DNA of 64,000 nucleotides, taken from Verrucomicrobiota bacterium. GTDB taxonomy: Bacteria > Chlamydiota > Chlamydiia > Chlamydiales > JAEYWL01. The translations under genes were made by a program, and so were the position numbers. The notes under the pieces were generated by a model. It did no database searches. It had not been told where the DNA came from and worked only from the letters and a program-made list of their open reading frames with translations. This document shows, in pieces, positions 29,432-38,471 of this stretch. Every line of letters starts with the position of its first letter. Position 1 is the first letter of the stretch. The DNA lies in contig JAEYWL010000010.1 of the NCBI GenBank assembly GCA_023428915.1, positions 3,357-67,356 of the forward strand, read 5' to 3'.

Positions 29432-29513
29432 ACTCTTGCTTGTCATTAAAGCGCCTTTTCCTTACGATAACCGCTCGGTTTATCTCTACTACGCAATCCA
29501 TAAAGGTGCAACA

Positions 29514-31475
29514 ATGATTAGTCCAATCGGTTCTTCTTCTTCCGCTGCGTATATTAAATATCACCCCCAGGCAAGCCAGGGCGAACGATTAGCGCATTAT
29601 ATCTATTCCAAAGCTATTACCTCATTTGAATGGACCCGTAAAGCTGTATGGCATGACCCCTTAGCCCCTATCATGAACAAGCTCCGATATGAAGCTGATA
29701 AAAGCGGCGCTGTTATTGAAGCTATTGCCTATTTGGTTGCAAATCGTAATGAACGCCTCTCTATTTTGCTTAAATGTGTGTTAAATAACGCCTCTGAAGA
29801 TATGTTGAAGAAAATGATGCAGGGGGTTATTTCTCAGGCAATTGAAACTCAAAACGGGGCTCATTACAACCTGTTATTAGAGCATCTTGAATTAGCTGGC
29901 ATGGAGAAAATTCTGCCGGAAGAAATCCGGACCACCTTGCAAAATTTGGTCAAGCATACCAGGCCGGTTGAGAGCGAGTCATTGGGTAGAAAAGAGTGGA
30001 AAAAAGTATCTACAATGTTCACTTCATTTATCCCAAATCTGGTCAATACCTTGCTTTTGGAATTTAATTACTACAGCAATGGCAGGCTGCCGGATACTCC
30101 CTGGGAAAGGAATTGCTTTTTTGAAATCCAATATAAACTCTTCATGATTCCTGTCGCGCTTTTTTTTACCATTAACACTATAGTTGCCGCTCCAGTATTT
30201 GCCCTGACTATAACGGTTTCTATAATTGCAGCAACGTTGGCAGCTATCTATATTTATGTTAAATGCTTTCAAAAATGTCCTATAGCGTTGCCGAATTGCC
30301 GCAATCTTACGCTAGAAGCTGCTCTTGGCAAATTAACTCCCACCGTTGGTAGAGAAGAAGAAATTGAAAAGCTTATTACCTATTTGGGTAATTTAGAGCA
30401 GGATTTTTCATTAAATCCTTTGCTTTATGGTTTGACAGGGGCTGGCAAAACAGAATGCATTTGCGGAGTGGCCCAGCGCATTGTGAAAGGCGAGGTGTCT
30501 GCAAGCTTAAAGAATAAACAACTCTTTATGATTAACACTGCTGCACTTGTCAGCAGTTCATTTAATGGTTTTGCTGAGAAAATGGACCAGATCATGCTCC
30601 GTCTTAAAGGATTTGAAAATGAAGTTATCATTTTCTTTGATGAAGTCCATATGGCATTTGAAAAAGGAGATGGGCTGGCAAACTTCCTAAAAACTTATGC
30701 GGTTCCTGGAGGTGTGCATTGTATAGCTGCTACAACTACTGAAGGGTATCAATCTATTAAAAATAAAGACCCGGCATTTTTAAGGCGTTTTCAAGGCTTT
30801 ATAATTAATAGCACTGGCAGGGAGTTAACTAAGCAGATTCTCACAGAGAAATTTAAGCCGGCAGCTTCAAGTGTGATTATCGATCCGGATGTTTTCGAGC
30901 TTATAATAGATGAAACTAGCGCCCGCGTTCCTGAGAAAGCGCATCCATCTCCGGACATAAACATATTAGTGCAGGCAGTTAATAAGGTAATGCTATTATT
31001 GCAGCATAAGGATCATGTACCTGCTGCTATAAAGAAAAAACAGAATGAGTTGCAAACGCTAAAGGACAAATCAGCTTTAAGTAATCCAAATAGCTGGGGA
31101 AGCTCTTCAAGCTGCCTAATTCAACTTATTGAAAAAAACGAAGCGGAACTACAGAAGTTGGAGGAGGATTGGGCAGAAAAAAGCAAGCTGATAGGAAAGG
31201 TAAAATTTCTTGTTCAGCAGCTGCTTGAGAAAAAGCAGGAAATATTAGCGTTTGCCCACGATAAGCGACAATCTTTAGCCGGAAATATAGCTTTTGCCGC
31301 AAATTTTCATTTTCTAGTTCCCTTGCTTGAAAAAGAGATTGGGAAGATAGAGCTGCTTTTAGGGGAAGAATTTAAGATAAAAATCGATAAGCAGTTAGTC
31401 TTATCTGTCATTAATGAATTGCTGCCTGCAAGGCCTGCATTGAAAAAAAGCTGGTTCTGGAACAAAGGAACTTAA
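29514..31475 (+). CDS. Membrane-anchored AAA+ protein: bilobed hydrophobic domain plus a single ClpA/ClpB D1-type ATPase module and coiled coil
   Basis: The start is moved to the ATG at 29514, downstream of the terminator. The hydrophobic region is LFMIPVALFFTINTIVAAPVFALTITVSIIAATLAAIYIYV. It is followed by GKLTPTVGREEEIEKLI, Walker A GLTGAGKT, Walker B IIFFDEVH and GGVHCIAATTTEGY..DPAFLRRFQ, which is collinear with ClpB NBD1. Confidence 0.75.
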   Translation: MISPIGSSSSAAYIKYHPQASQGERLAHYIYSKAITSFEWTRKAVWHDPLAPIMNKLRYEADKSGAVIEAIAYLVANRNERLSILLKCVLNNASEDMLKKMMQGVISQAIETQNGAHYNLLLEHLELAGMEKILPEEIRTTLQNLVKHTRPVESESLGRKEWKKVSTMFTSFIPNLVNTLLLEFNYYSNGRLPDTPWERNCFFEIQYKLFMIPVALFFTINTIVAAPVFALTITVSIIAATLAAIYIYVKCFQKCPIALPNCRNLTLEAALGKLTPTVGREEEIEKLITYLGNLEQDFSLNPLLYGLTGAGKTECICGVAQRIVKGEVSASLKNKQLFMINTAALVSSSFNGFAEKMDQIMLRLKGFENEVIIFFDEVHMAFEKGDGLANFLKTYAVPGGVHCIAATTTEGYQSIKNKDPAFLRRFQGFIINSTGRELTKQILTEKFKPAASSVIIDPDVFELIIDETSARVPEKAHPSPDINILVQAVNKVMLLLQHKDHVPAAIKKKQNELQTLKDKSALSNPNSWGSSSSCLIQLIEKNEAELQKLEEDWAEKSKLIGKVKFLVQQLLEKKQEILAFAHDKRQSLAGNIAFAANFHFLVPLLEKEIGKIELLLGEEFKIKIDKQLVLSVINELLPARPALKKSWFWNKGT

Positions 31476-31536
31476 TCAAGGATTGATGGAAATAATGAAA
31501 TAGGTTAAAAATAAGAGCTAACCCTCTTGGAAAGCT

Positions 31537-32625
31537 ATGTTTGAGGAGCTCTACAAAACATCTTATAGCCATGGTCTTGAGGATATCTATGCCCTTGAAA
31601 CTATTGATATTAAGACTGTTCGACCATTAGCTGGCGTAAATACTGCTTTAGATGTCCAGGAGGCCCCAGCTCCCTATCATGAAGAGCAAATCCAGCAACA
31701 GCAGCCAGAATTAGATTTAGGTCCATTTTGGCGTGGTTCCGCCCCTTCATTTATACTTTTAGAGCCTATCCAAGTGTTAAATCTTCATCAGCCTGTTGAA
31801 AAGACATTAAGGGGGCATGGCATCCATTTGCTTCAAGATTTATTGCATGCGACCAAGGAATCTTTACTGGGCATCCGTGGATTAGGTCAAGGGCATATTG
31901 ATGAAGTCCTTTTTCGTTTCAAAAGCTATACAGAAAGAAGGGTGCTTCACAATGCAGTATGCGTCGATTTTTGCGCCCTCTTAAGAGCGATTGTCGGTTT
32001 TTTTGAGAAAAAGAAGATCGTGCTTTTATTACAGGAACTTGGATTGGAAGAGGAATATTCTCTGACTCCTCTGGAAGCTGCAGAGCTCAAGCGGCTGACG
32101 AAGGATAAAAGACTTGAGTGGAAAAAACAGGCGCTAGAGCATCTGCAAGTTGAAGTTAAGCAGCAGCAATTTGCTAATTGCCTAGATCATATTGTGAGGG
32201 TTTTTGTCCTCCCATGGATTCATATGCGCGGCGGGATTGCGGCGCAAACTGAAGTGGAAGAGCGCCTAATTGCCGTTAGCTTTGAACCCCTTAAAACTGA
32301 AAAGATCCTTAAGTTTTTCAGCAATATCTACTACCACGATCTTTTTCCTTTGAGCACTATTCTCTGCGAAGCTGATGAAGGAGTGTTTTGCTTAAACAGC
32401 GATACTTATGACGCCTACAGGAAAGTCAACGAATTGGCAGAAAGCTACTACTATCAAAAAGGCTTAAGCTATCCCTTGGAATACCTTTGCAACTGTATTT
32501 TACGTGAACTCGGCAAATCCTGGATAAATTATACGCAGGAATTTGTGCGAAAAGCCATTCTTTTTTCACCTCGTTTTCGCCTTGCCAAAACACCTGATGG
32601 CGTTCTCTCTGTAAGGCTCAGCTAA
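31537..32625 (+). CDS. Hypothetical protein with an RNA polymerase alpha C-terminal-domain-like (HhH) segment
   Basis: 362 aa. ILLEPIQVLNLHQPVEKTLRGHGIHLLQDLLHATKESLLGIRGLGQGHIDEV aligns by eye with the E. coli RpoA CTD segment [52 protein letters not shown]. Confidence 0.5.
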   Translation: MFEELYKTSYSHGLEDIYALETIDIKTVRPLAGVNTALDVQEAPAPYHEEQIQQQQPELDLGPFWRGSAPSFILLEPIQVLNLHQPVEKTLRGHGIHLLQDLLHATKESLLGIRGLGQGHIDEVLFRFKSYTERRVLHNAVCVDFCALLRAIVGFFEKKKIVLLLQELGLEEEYSLTPLEAAELKRLTKDKRLEWKKQALEHLQVEVKQQQFANCLDHIVRVFVLPWIHMRGGIAAQTEVEERLIAVSFEPLKTEKILKFFSNIYYHDLFPLSTILCEADEGVFCLNSDTYDAYRKVNELAESYYYQKGLSYPLEYLCNCILRELGKSWINYTQEFVRKAILFSPRFRLAKTPDGVLSVRLS

Positions 32626-32629
32626 TAAG

Positions 32630-33310
32630 TTATTTGTATTTTACTGTGTCATGCAGGCCGGCTTGGGCAAAGCCTTGCTTTCGCAGATAACAGGCATCGC
32701 ATTGGCCGCAATGGATTGTCCCATCGGGATTGTAGCAGGTGTGGGTTAGGTGCAAAGGCACTTGCAGTTCGGCCGCTTTCAGGATAATTTCTTTTTTATC
32801 CAGAAGGAGCAAGGGGGCTTTCAACTGCGGCGCATTTCCTTCTACAGCTCTAGCTGTTGCCAGTTTAAGCAGATTTTGAAAGGCATTGAGAAATTCAGGC
32901 CTGCAATCGACATAGGGTGTGCAATCAAGCTTATTAGGTCCGCAATGGATCTCATCGGCTTCCAACACCTCAGCTAAGGCAGTGGCATATGCCAGGAAGA
33001 TTGTGTTCCGGGCCGGTACGTAAGTGTTAGGGGTGCCGCTTGTTTCGATAGTGCGGGTGTCCCTGCCTATGTGAGCCTGAGTTTTTCCTGTTAAGGCTGA
33101 AATTTGCCCGAAGGCGTTGGGATCTATTGAAAGAAGCGTGTGTGGCACGCCGTAATGAGCGGCTATGCGCGCTGCTGCTTGCAATTCAACGGCGTGCTTT
33201 TGTTTGTAATCAAAGCTAAGTGCGTGGCAATCGATGCCTTGCTGAATAGCCCACGCTAAAACAAGCGAAGAATCCAGGCCTCCGCTTAATAACACAACAG
33301 CTTTTGCCAC
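32630..33310 (-). CDS. queC: 7-cyano-7-deazaguanine synthase QueC
   Basis: 226 aa with GTG start, the PP-loop VVLLSGGLDSS and the C-terminal Zn cluster CYNP..CGQCDAC. Confidence 0.92.
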   Translation of the reverse strand: MAKAVVLLSGGLDSSLVLAWAIQQGIDCHALSFDYKQKHAVELQAAARIAAHYGVPHTLLSIDPNAFGQISALTGKTQAHIGRDTRTIETSGTPNTYVPARNTIFLAYATALAEVLEADEIHCGPNKLDCTPYVDCRPEFLNAFQNLLKLATARAVEGNAPQLKAPLLLLDKKEIILKAAELQVPLHLTHTCYNPDGTIHCGQCDACYLRKQGFAQAGLHDTVKYK

Positions 33311-33960
33311 TATACGCCCTTTGTGTCGGGAGACCAGATAAATTTATGCATTTGCAGATTTAGCCGAACCGGCAGTTTATCGCGCAATATCCAGGCTACC
33401 AGCAGCTGGGAGTCCATGGCGCCATATACAGGGGAGAATAGAACATTGTTGACTTTGCGAAATAGAGAATAGCGTTGACAGACCTCTTTAGCGTATTCAA
33501 AATCTGTCTCATCCTTAATGACGAATTTTACCTCGTCTGCAGGCTTTAACCATTCAAGGTTTTCCCAGAGATTTTTCGCTTCCATTCCCGATCCCGGGCA
33601 TTTGATATCTAAAATTACAGACACTCTTGGATCAACGGCTTTAGTGCTTAAGGAGCCGCTTGTTTCAAGGGATACTTTATGTCCCCGATTGCAAAGGTGG
33701 CGCATGAGCAAGTGAACATTTTGCTGCAGCAGAGGTTCCCCCCCGGTAACACAAACAGCCGTAATGCCTGACTCAGTAATTTTTGCTGTGATTTCGTCTA
33801 AAGAATAGGGAGTGCCGCGTCCAAAAGAATACGTTGTATCGCACCAAGTGCAGCGCAAATTGCAAGCTGCCAGGCGTACAAAATATGTGGGCAAACCTGT
33901 AAATGAGGTTTCTCCCTGCACACTTGCAAAAAGTTCTATAATATTTAGTGCATTATCCAT
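33310..33960 (-). CDS. queE: 7-carboxy-7-deazaguanine synthase QueE (radical SAM)
   Basis: It has IIELFASVQGE and the CNLRCTWCDT cluster (CX3CX2C). The ATG at 33960 is preferred. It overlaps queC by 1 nt (TAGTG). Confidence 0.88.
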   Translation of the reverse strand: MDNALNIIELFASVQGETSFTGLPTYFVRLAACNLRCTWCDTTYSFGRGTPYSLDEITAKITESGITAVCVTGGEPLLQQNVHLLMRHLCNRGHKVSLETSGSLSTKAVDPRVSVILDIKCPGSGMEAKNLWENLEWLKPADEVKFVIKDETDFEYAKEVCQRYSLFRKVNNVLFSPVYGAMDSQLLVAWILRDKLPVRLNLQMHKFIWSPDTKGV

Positions 33961-34031
33961 AATAAATAGGTATGTTGAGAAAATATTATATTGATTCCAG
34001 CTTTTGATCACAATCTATATGTGGAGTTTAA

Positions 34032-35039
34032 ATGAAGAGTGTAAAAAAAATTGCCATTACAGGAGCGGCAGGGCAAATTGCCTACTCTCTACTGTTTAGA
34101 ATCGCCAAAGGAGAACTGCTTGGCCAGGACCAGCCCATTATTTTAAGCTTATTGGAAGTGCCTGAGTTTGTGCCTTCTCTGGAAGGTGTAAAAATGGAGC
34201 TCGATGACTGCGCCTTTCCCCTGTTAAAGGGTATACATGTAGGATCAAACCCAAAGGAAATTTTTAAAGATGCGGATTATGTTTTTTTAGTGGGTGCCAA
34301 GCCTCGCGGTCCAGGCATGGAGCGGAGCGATCTTCTTAAGGATAATGCCAAAATATTTGTAGAACAAGGGCAGGCTCTGGATCAGGCAGCCTCAAGGCAG
34401 GTAAAGGTTTTAGTGGTAGGGAATCCTTGCAATACTAATTGCTTAATTGCCATGCATCATGCCCCTTCGCTGACTCCCCGCAATTTTTTTGCAATGACGA
34501 TGCTTGACCACAATAGAGCTATAGCCGCTATTGCAAAAAAGGCAGGAGCAGAGGTGGGGCTGATCAGCAATGTGACAATTTGGGGTAATCACTCATCCAC
34601 ACAAGTATCGGATTTTACCCAGGCCAAAATTAATGATAAGCCTTTGCATGAGATAATTAAGGACCGCAGCTGGCTGGAAAATGATTTTTTTACCGCCATT
34701 CAAAAAAGAGGGGCAGCTGTCATAAATGCCAGAGGAAAATCTTCAGCAGCTTCTGCTGCAAATGCTGCAATTGATGCTATGCGGGCCATCCTGAATCCTA
34801 CTAAAGCAGGGGATTGGTTTTCCTGCGGGATCTACTCCAATGGCAATCCTTATGGCATTGCCGATGACATCTATTTTTCATTTCCATGCCGTTCACATGG
34901 AGATGGAAAACTTGAAATCATTAAAGGTCTTTCTATAGACCAATTTATTGAGGCTAAAATTAAATTAACGGAGAAAGAGCTTCTCGAAGAGCGAAGTATG
35001 GTTGAACATTTAATAAGACTAGGAGCAACTCATGGGTGA
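34032..35039 (+). CDS. mdh: Malate dehydrogenase
   Basis: 335 aa with the Rossmann motif [12 protein letters not shown]. The LDH/MDH blocks VGNPCNTN and WGNHS are present. Confidence 0.92.
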   Translation: MKSVKKIAITGAAGQIAYSLLFRIAKGELLGQDQPIILSLLEVPEFVPSLEGVKMELDDCAFPLLKGIHVGSNPKEIFKDADYVFLVGAKPRGPGMERSDLLKDNAKIFVEQGQALDQAASRQVKVLVVGNPCNTNCLIAMHHAPSLTPRNFFAMTMLDHNRAIAAIAKKAGAEVGLISNVTIWGNHSSTQVSDFTQAKINDKPLHEIIKDRSWLENDFFTAIQKRGAAVINARGKSSAASAANAAIDAMRAILNPTKAGDWFSCGIYSNGNPYGIADDIYFSFPCRSHGDGKLEIIKGLSIDQFIEAKIKLTEKELLEERSMVEHLIRLGATHG

Positions 35040-36195
35040 CGAATTATTTGTAATCACAAAAGAAAACCTTGAAACCGGTCTTAGGGGCTATCCAGTAGGT
35101 TATTGTACGACTTCTGCAGTACATCCTACCAAAGGAATTTCTTATGTAGAACACTCAATCGAGAGTGTTGCCTATTGGGATGTAGAGAAAGTCATTTATC
35201 TTCTATATTTTGGAAAAGAACCAACAGAAAGCCAGCTAAGCACATTTAAAAAAGACCTTGAGAAGCGCTCAAAGTGCAATCCTCAAGCTTTAGAAGCTAT
35301 TGCAAAGCTGCCTACTTCAGGCCATCCGATGAAGCTGTTTTGTGCGGCGCTTTTGATTTTTGGCATGTATGAAACAACCGGAGACTATAAAGAGGATTGC
35401 TTAAATGTAATCGCTAAAATTCCTACGTTGACAGCTGCAGTGATTCGCCAGCATTCAGGCTGGAAAACTGATACCTCAAGTAAACCGCAAGAGGGGTATA
35501 TTGAGAAATTTGTATATGAACTAAATCCCCCAGATGCAAATCATGAAGATTTGCTGCAAGTACTAAAGTTATTTACAATTTTGCATTTTGACCATGGCGG
35601 GGGGAACCTTTCTACATTCGTAGGAAAGGCTGTAGCTTCAGGGCTTGAGGATATGTACGGCTCGCTTTGTGCTGCCATGTGCGGTTTGGCAGGCCCCAAG
35701 CATGGAAAAGCTAATCAAGACTGCTTGCGATTTGTTTCCGAAATTCTAGAGCAAGTCGGCGCCGATGCTACAAGTGAAGACATAGCAAAACTTTTAGAAA
35801 AGAAATTGGAAAATCACGAGTTGATTTTTGGGTTTGGACACGCTGTCTTGCGAGAGGAAGATCCTCGCGCAAAAATATTTTTCGAGTTTGCACAAAAAAA
35901 ATACCCTGACTTCCCGCTTTACAAAATCGCAAAGCTGCTGCGCGAGGTAGGGCCTGACATCCTTAAAAAGCATTCTCAAGCAGCAGATCCGTATCCTAAT
36001 GTCGATGCAATTTCTGGAACCGTACTCGCTGCAGGAGGTTTTAATTACCCGCAGTACTTTACCATTTTATTTGGAATGTCTAGAATAGTGGGCATTGCCA
36101 TACAGATTGTGTATGAGAGATGCGAAGCCAGAAGCGGCAAAGGCACTCCAATAGTAAGGCCTAGTTATATCTATAAATCAAGAGAGCAGCATTAA
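35032..36195 (+). CDS. gltA: Citrate synthase (short, type I-like)
   Basis: 387 aa with [11 protein letters not shown], the signature [13 protein letters not shown] and PNVD. It overlaps mdh by 8 nt. Confidence 0.88.
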   Translation: MGDELFVITKENLETGLRGYPVGYCTTSAVHPTKGISYVEHSIESVAYWDVEKVIYLLYFGKEPTESQLSTFKKDLEKRSKCNPQALEAIAKLPTSGHPMKLFCAALLIFGMYETTGDYKEDCLNVIAKIPTLTAAVIRQHSGWKTDTSSKPQEGYIEKFVYELNPPDANHEDLLQVLKLFTILHFDHGGGNLSTFVGKAVASGLEDMYGSLCAAMCGLAGPKHGKANQDCLRFVSEILEQVGADATSEDIAKLLEKKLENHELIFGFGHAVLREEDPRAKIFFEFAQKKYPDFPLYKIAKLLREVGPDILKKHSQAADPYPNVDAISGTVLAAGGFNYPQYFTILFGMSRIVGIAIQIVYERCEARSGKGTPIVRPSYIYKSREQH

Positions 36196-37010
36196 TGTTT
36201 GAGGCCATTTCCAAAGCAATAAGAAATTCTGCTAGAGATATTCTTAACAAAGAGTACTTGTTTGCTGCCGGTATTGGCCTTGCCCTAAGCGGCCTCCTCT
36301 TCGCATTTTTCCTGGCGCTTTCGTTTAGTGCAGGGGAGTGGTTAGGGGGCAGTCTGCCTTTCTTAGGTTATTTTTTTAGTCTTTGGATTATTTTGGGTGC
36401 GGGCATCTTAATTGTGCGGTCCCGTTCGCTAAGGAGTGCCGGCCGTTTTTCTTTGGCTACGGCAGTAAGGGCCTCCTGGAAACAAATTTTACTCTCTTCA
36501 AATGTAATGCTGCCTGTTGTAGCTGCATTTGCCGTGATTTGGTTTTGCCTTGGGGTATTTGTCCTGATTGCCCAGCTTCCTCATGCAGGCACAGCATTTG
36601 CTGCCGTGTTTGCCTTCATCCCTTTTTTGCTATTCTTGCTTTTAATTGTTATGGCTGCGGCAGCGCCGGTTGCACTTTTTTTCTGCTTGCCGGTTTTGGC
36701 GCAGCACGGCGATCTTTCGCCTAAGGAGCTCAGCCTGCGAGTATGGCATCGCCTGCGCGATTTTCCATTTAAAAGCTTTGCAGATGTTGTAATAGCTCTT
36801 ATTCCGCTGGCAGTATTATTTGCACTTATGAATAGTGCCAAATGCTTAACCATTCGGTTACTAGCGCCAACCATGAATGAAATAGAGTTTGGAATCATGG
36901 CTTTAATGATTCTGCTGCCTTTTTGCGTGCTGTTAGCGCCCGGCTTGCTGTTCTTCTTCTCATATTCTGTCGAAAGCCATAACGAACTATCAAATCAATC
37001 TAAGTCTTAA
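36195..37010 (+). CDS. Polytopic membrane protein of unknown function
   Basis: 271 aa with about 6 hydrophobic helices. Its start overlaps the gltA stop (TAATG). Confidence 0.55.
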   Translation: MFEAISKAIRNSARDILNKEYLFAAGIGLALSGLLFAFFLALSFSAGEWLGGSLPFLGYFFSLWIILGAGILIVRSRSLRSAGRFSLATAVRASWKQILLSSNVMLPVVAAFAVIWFCLGVFVLIAQLPHAGTAFAAVFAFIPFLLFLLLIVMAAAAPVALFFCLPVLAQHGDLSPKELSLRVWHRLRDFPFKSFADVVIALIPLAVLFALMNSAKCLTIRLLAPTMNEIEFGIMALMILLPFCVLLAPGLLFFFSYSVESHNELSNQSKS

Positions 37011-37152
37011 ATTATATCGTCAACTTTTTAAATAAAGTATTTATTTCACATTCTTCTTTTTATGTTTTTAACCATTTTTTTATTTGGCGTTAATATCTTT
37101 ACTCCAAGCTTTAGATTATCACTTTAATTACCTAATATGGAGAAATTTGAAA

Positions 37153-37734
37153 ATGGCACGTCCAGAAGTTCCGCAATCATTAAGCACAGATCTTTTTCAG
37201 CTTTATAGAGATGTTCAACAAGTAGAAGGCTATCTTAGTACAGCACGTTCTGAGGAGTGGAATGATGCTGATAGTGAAAATTGTAGTTTTAAGGGTATTC
37301 TAGATAAGGCTTTTTCTTATTCCGCTAATAAGACGGCTACAGATAAGGTTAGAGAATTAAGCGGCAGAGTACGAGCGTTTAATCAAGAAAAACTTCGTGA
37401 TTTTACAGAACTGAGAATGGTAAGCCCTCTTCCTGCTGAATTTGGTGAAGAGCGCATTATGCAAGCTGAAAATAACGAATGGCAGCCTTTGAATTTTTTC
37501 TTAGGCAATACAGGAAGCAGCTTAACTACGTTGCAAGCTATAGATGCTGTTGATAATGATGTTGCCAATCTCAGAAGAGCAATTCAACAGGCGCATTTAC
37601 AACTGTTTCCGCAGATGACGCCTCCGGGCCAAACGACCTTCGACTGGATTTGCAGTGCCATTTCCGCTGTCGCCATTATAGTTGTCTTTTTAGCTGCTTT
37701 AGCTGTTCAAGTAAATGAATCTAAAAACCACTAA
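37153..37734 (+). CDS. Hypothetical tail-anchored protein
   Basis: 193 aa from the ATG preceded by GGAGA. A single C-terminal TM is present (WICSAISAVAIIVVFLAALAV). Confidence 0.5.
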   Translation: MARPEVPQSLSTDLFQLYRDVQQVEGYLSTARSEEWNDADSENCSFKGILDKAFSYSANKTATDKVRELSGRVRAFNQEKLRDFTELRMVSPLPAEFGEERIMQAENNEWQPLNFFLGNTGSSLTTLQAIDAVDNDVANLRRAIQQAHLQLFPQMTPPGQTTFDWICSAISAVAIIVVFLAALAVQVNESKNH

Positions 37735-37823
37735 TACGAACATAGACCCTGATTACGCTACAAAAACAATGGAATAAAAGAGTGGCATATTTTATCCTGT
37801 AAGCTGATCAAAACGGAGCGAGA

Positions 37824-38471
37824 ATGAAGCAGAAAGTAATCGTACTTATTGGCGCCCCAGGTTCTGGAAAAGGAACGCAAGCCAAGATGTTAAGCCAAGA
37901 ATTCCAGTTACCCCATATTTCTACCGGGGATTTGATGCGTGAAGAAGTAAAAAAAGACTCGCCGCGAGGGCGGGAAATCAAAAGATTTCAGGAAAATGGA
38001 TTATTGGCTCCAGATGAATTTATCGTCGATTTGTTGTTTAATAGAACTTCGCAAAAAGATTGTGAACGGGGTTTTTTATTAGATGGCTTTCCCAGAAAAA
38101 TTTCCCAGGGAGAAATCTTGCAGCAACGCCTCCCTAAGGAAGAAAATGAAGTTATTGCCATCTACTTGCATGTCCATGATGATGTCATCATTGATAGAGC
38201 GGCGCAGCGCAGGACATGCGCGAAGTGCGGGGCAATATATAATCTTAAATCCTCCCCCCCTGCCAATGGTTCTACATGCGATGTCTGTAATGGAGACCTT
38301 TTTCAGCGTGACGATGACCTTCCGGAAGTTGTTAAGCAAAGATTGACTGTCTATCATGAGCAGACAGAACCCCTTATAGAGTACTATAAAAAACAAGGGT
38401 GTTTACATGAAATTGACGGAGAGCAAACACCTGAGGAGGTATACCGGCAGTTGAAAAGCATTATTGGATAA
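37824..38471 (+). CDS. adk: Adenylate kinase (Cys4 zinc-lid form)
   Basis: 215 aa with P-loop GAPGSGKGTQA. The lid carries CAKCG...CDVCNG. Confidence 0.95.
   Translation: MKQKVIVLIGAPGSGKGTQAKMLSQEFQLPHISTGDLMREEVKKDSPRGREIKRFQENGLLAPDEFIVDLLFNRTSQKDCERGFLLDGFPRKISQGEILQQRLPKEENEVIAIYLHVHDDVIIDRAAQRRTCAKCGAIYNLKSSPPANGSTCDVCNGDLFQRDDDLPEVVKQRLTVYHEQTEPLIEYYKKQGCLHEIDGEQTPEEVYRQLKSIIG

Noticed and set aside
24358-29513. Long N-terminal extensions offered by the ORF track (24358, 25304, 28633, 29436; likewise 34011, 37084, 40744, 41870, 58072, 58764, 60833)
   Set aside because: These extensions start at non-ATG codons or lack an RBS, and they cross terminators or overlap upstream genes. Internal ATGs with SD-like sequences and homolog-like N-termini were preferred. 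The exact starts remain uncertain.
36383-36898. ORFs 36383-36724 (+) and 36581-36898 (-) within the 271-aa membrane-protein gene
   Set aside because: They are alternative-frame or antisense products of a GC-skewed hydrophobic gene. The Cys/Arg-rich composition is non-protein-like.
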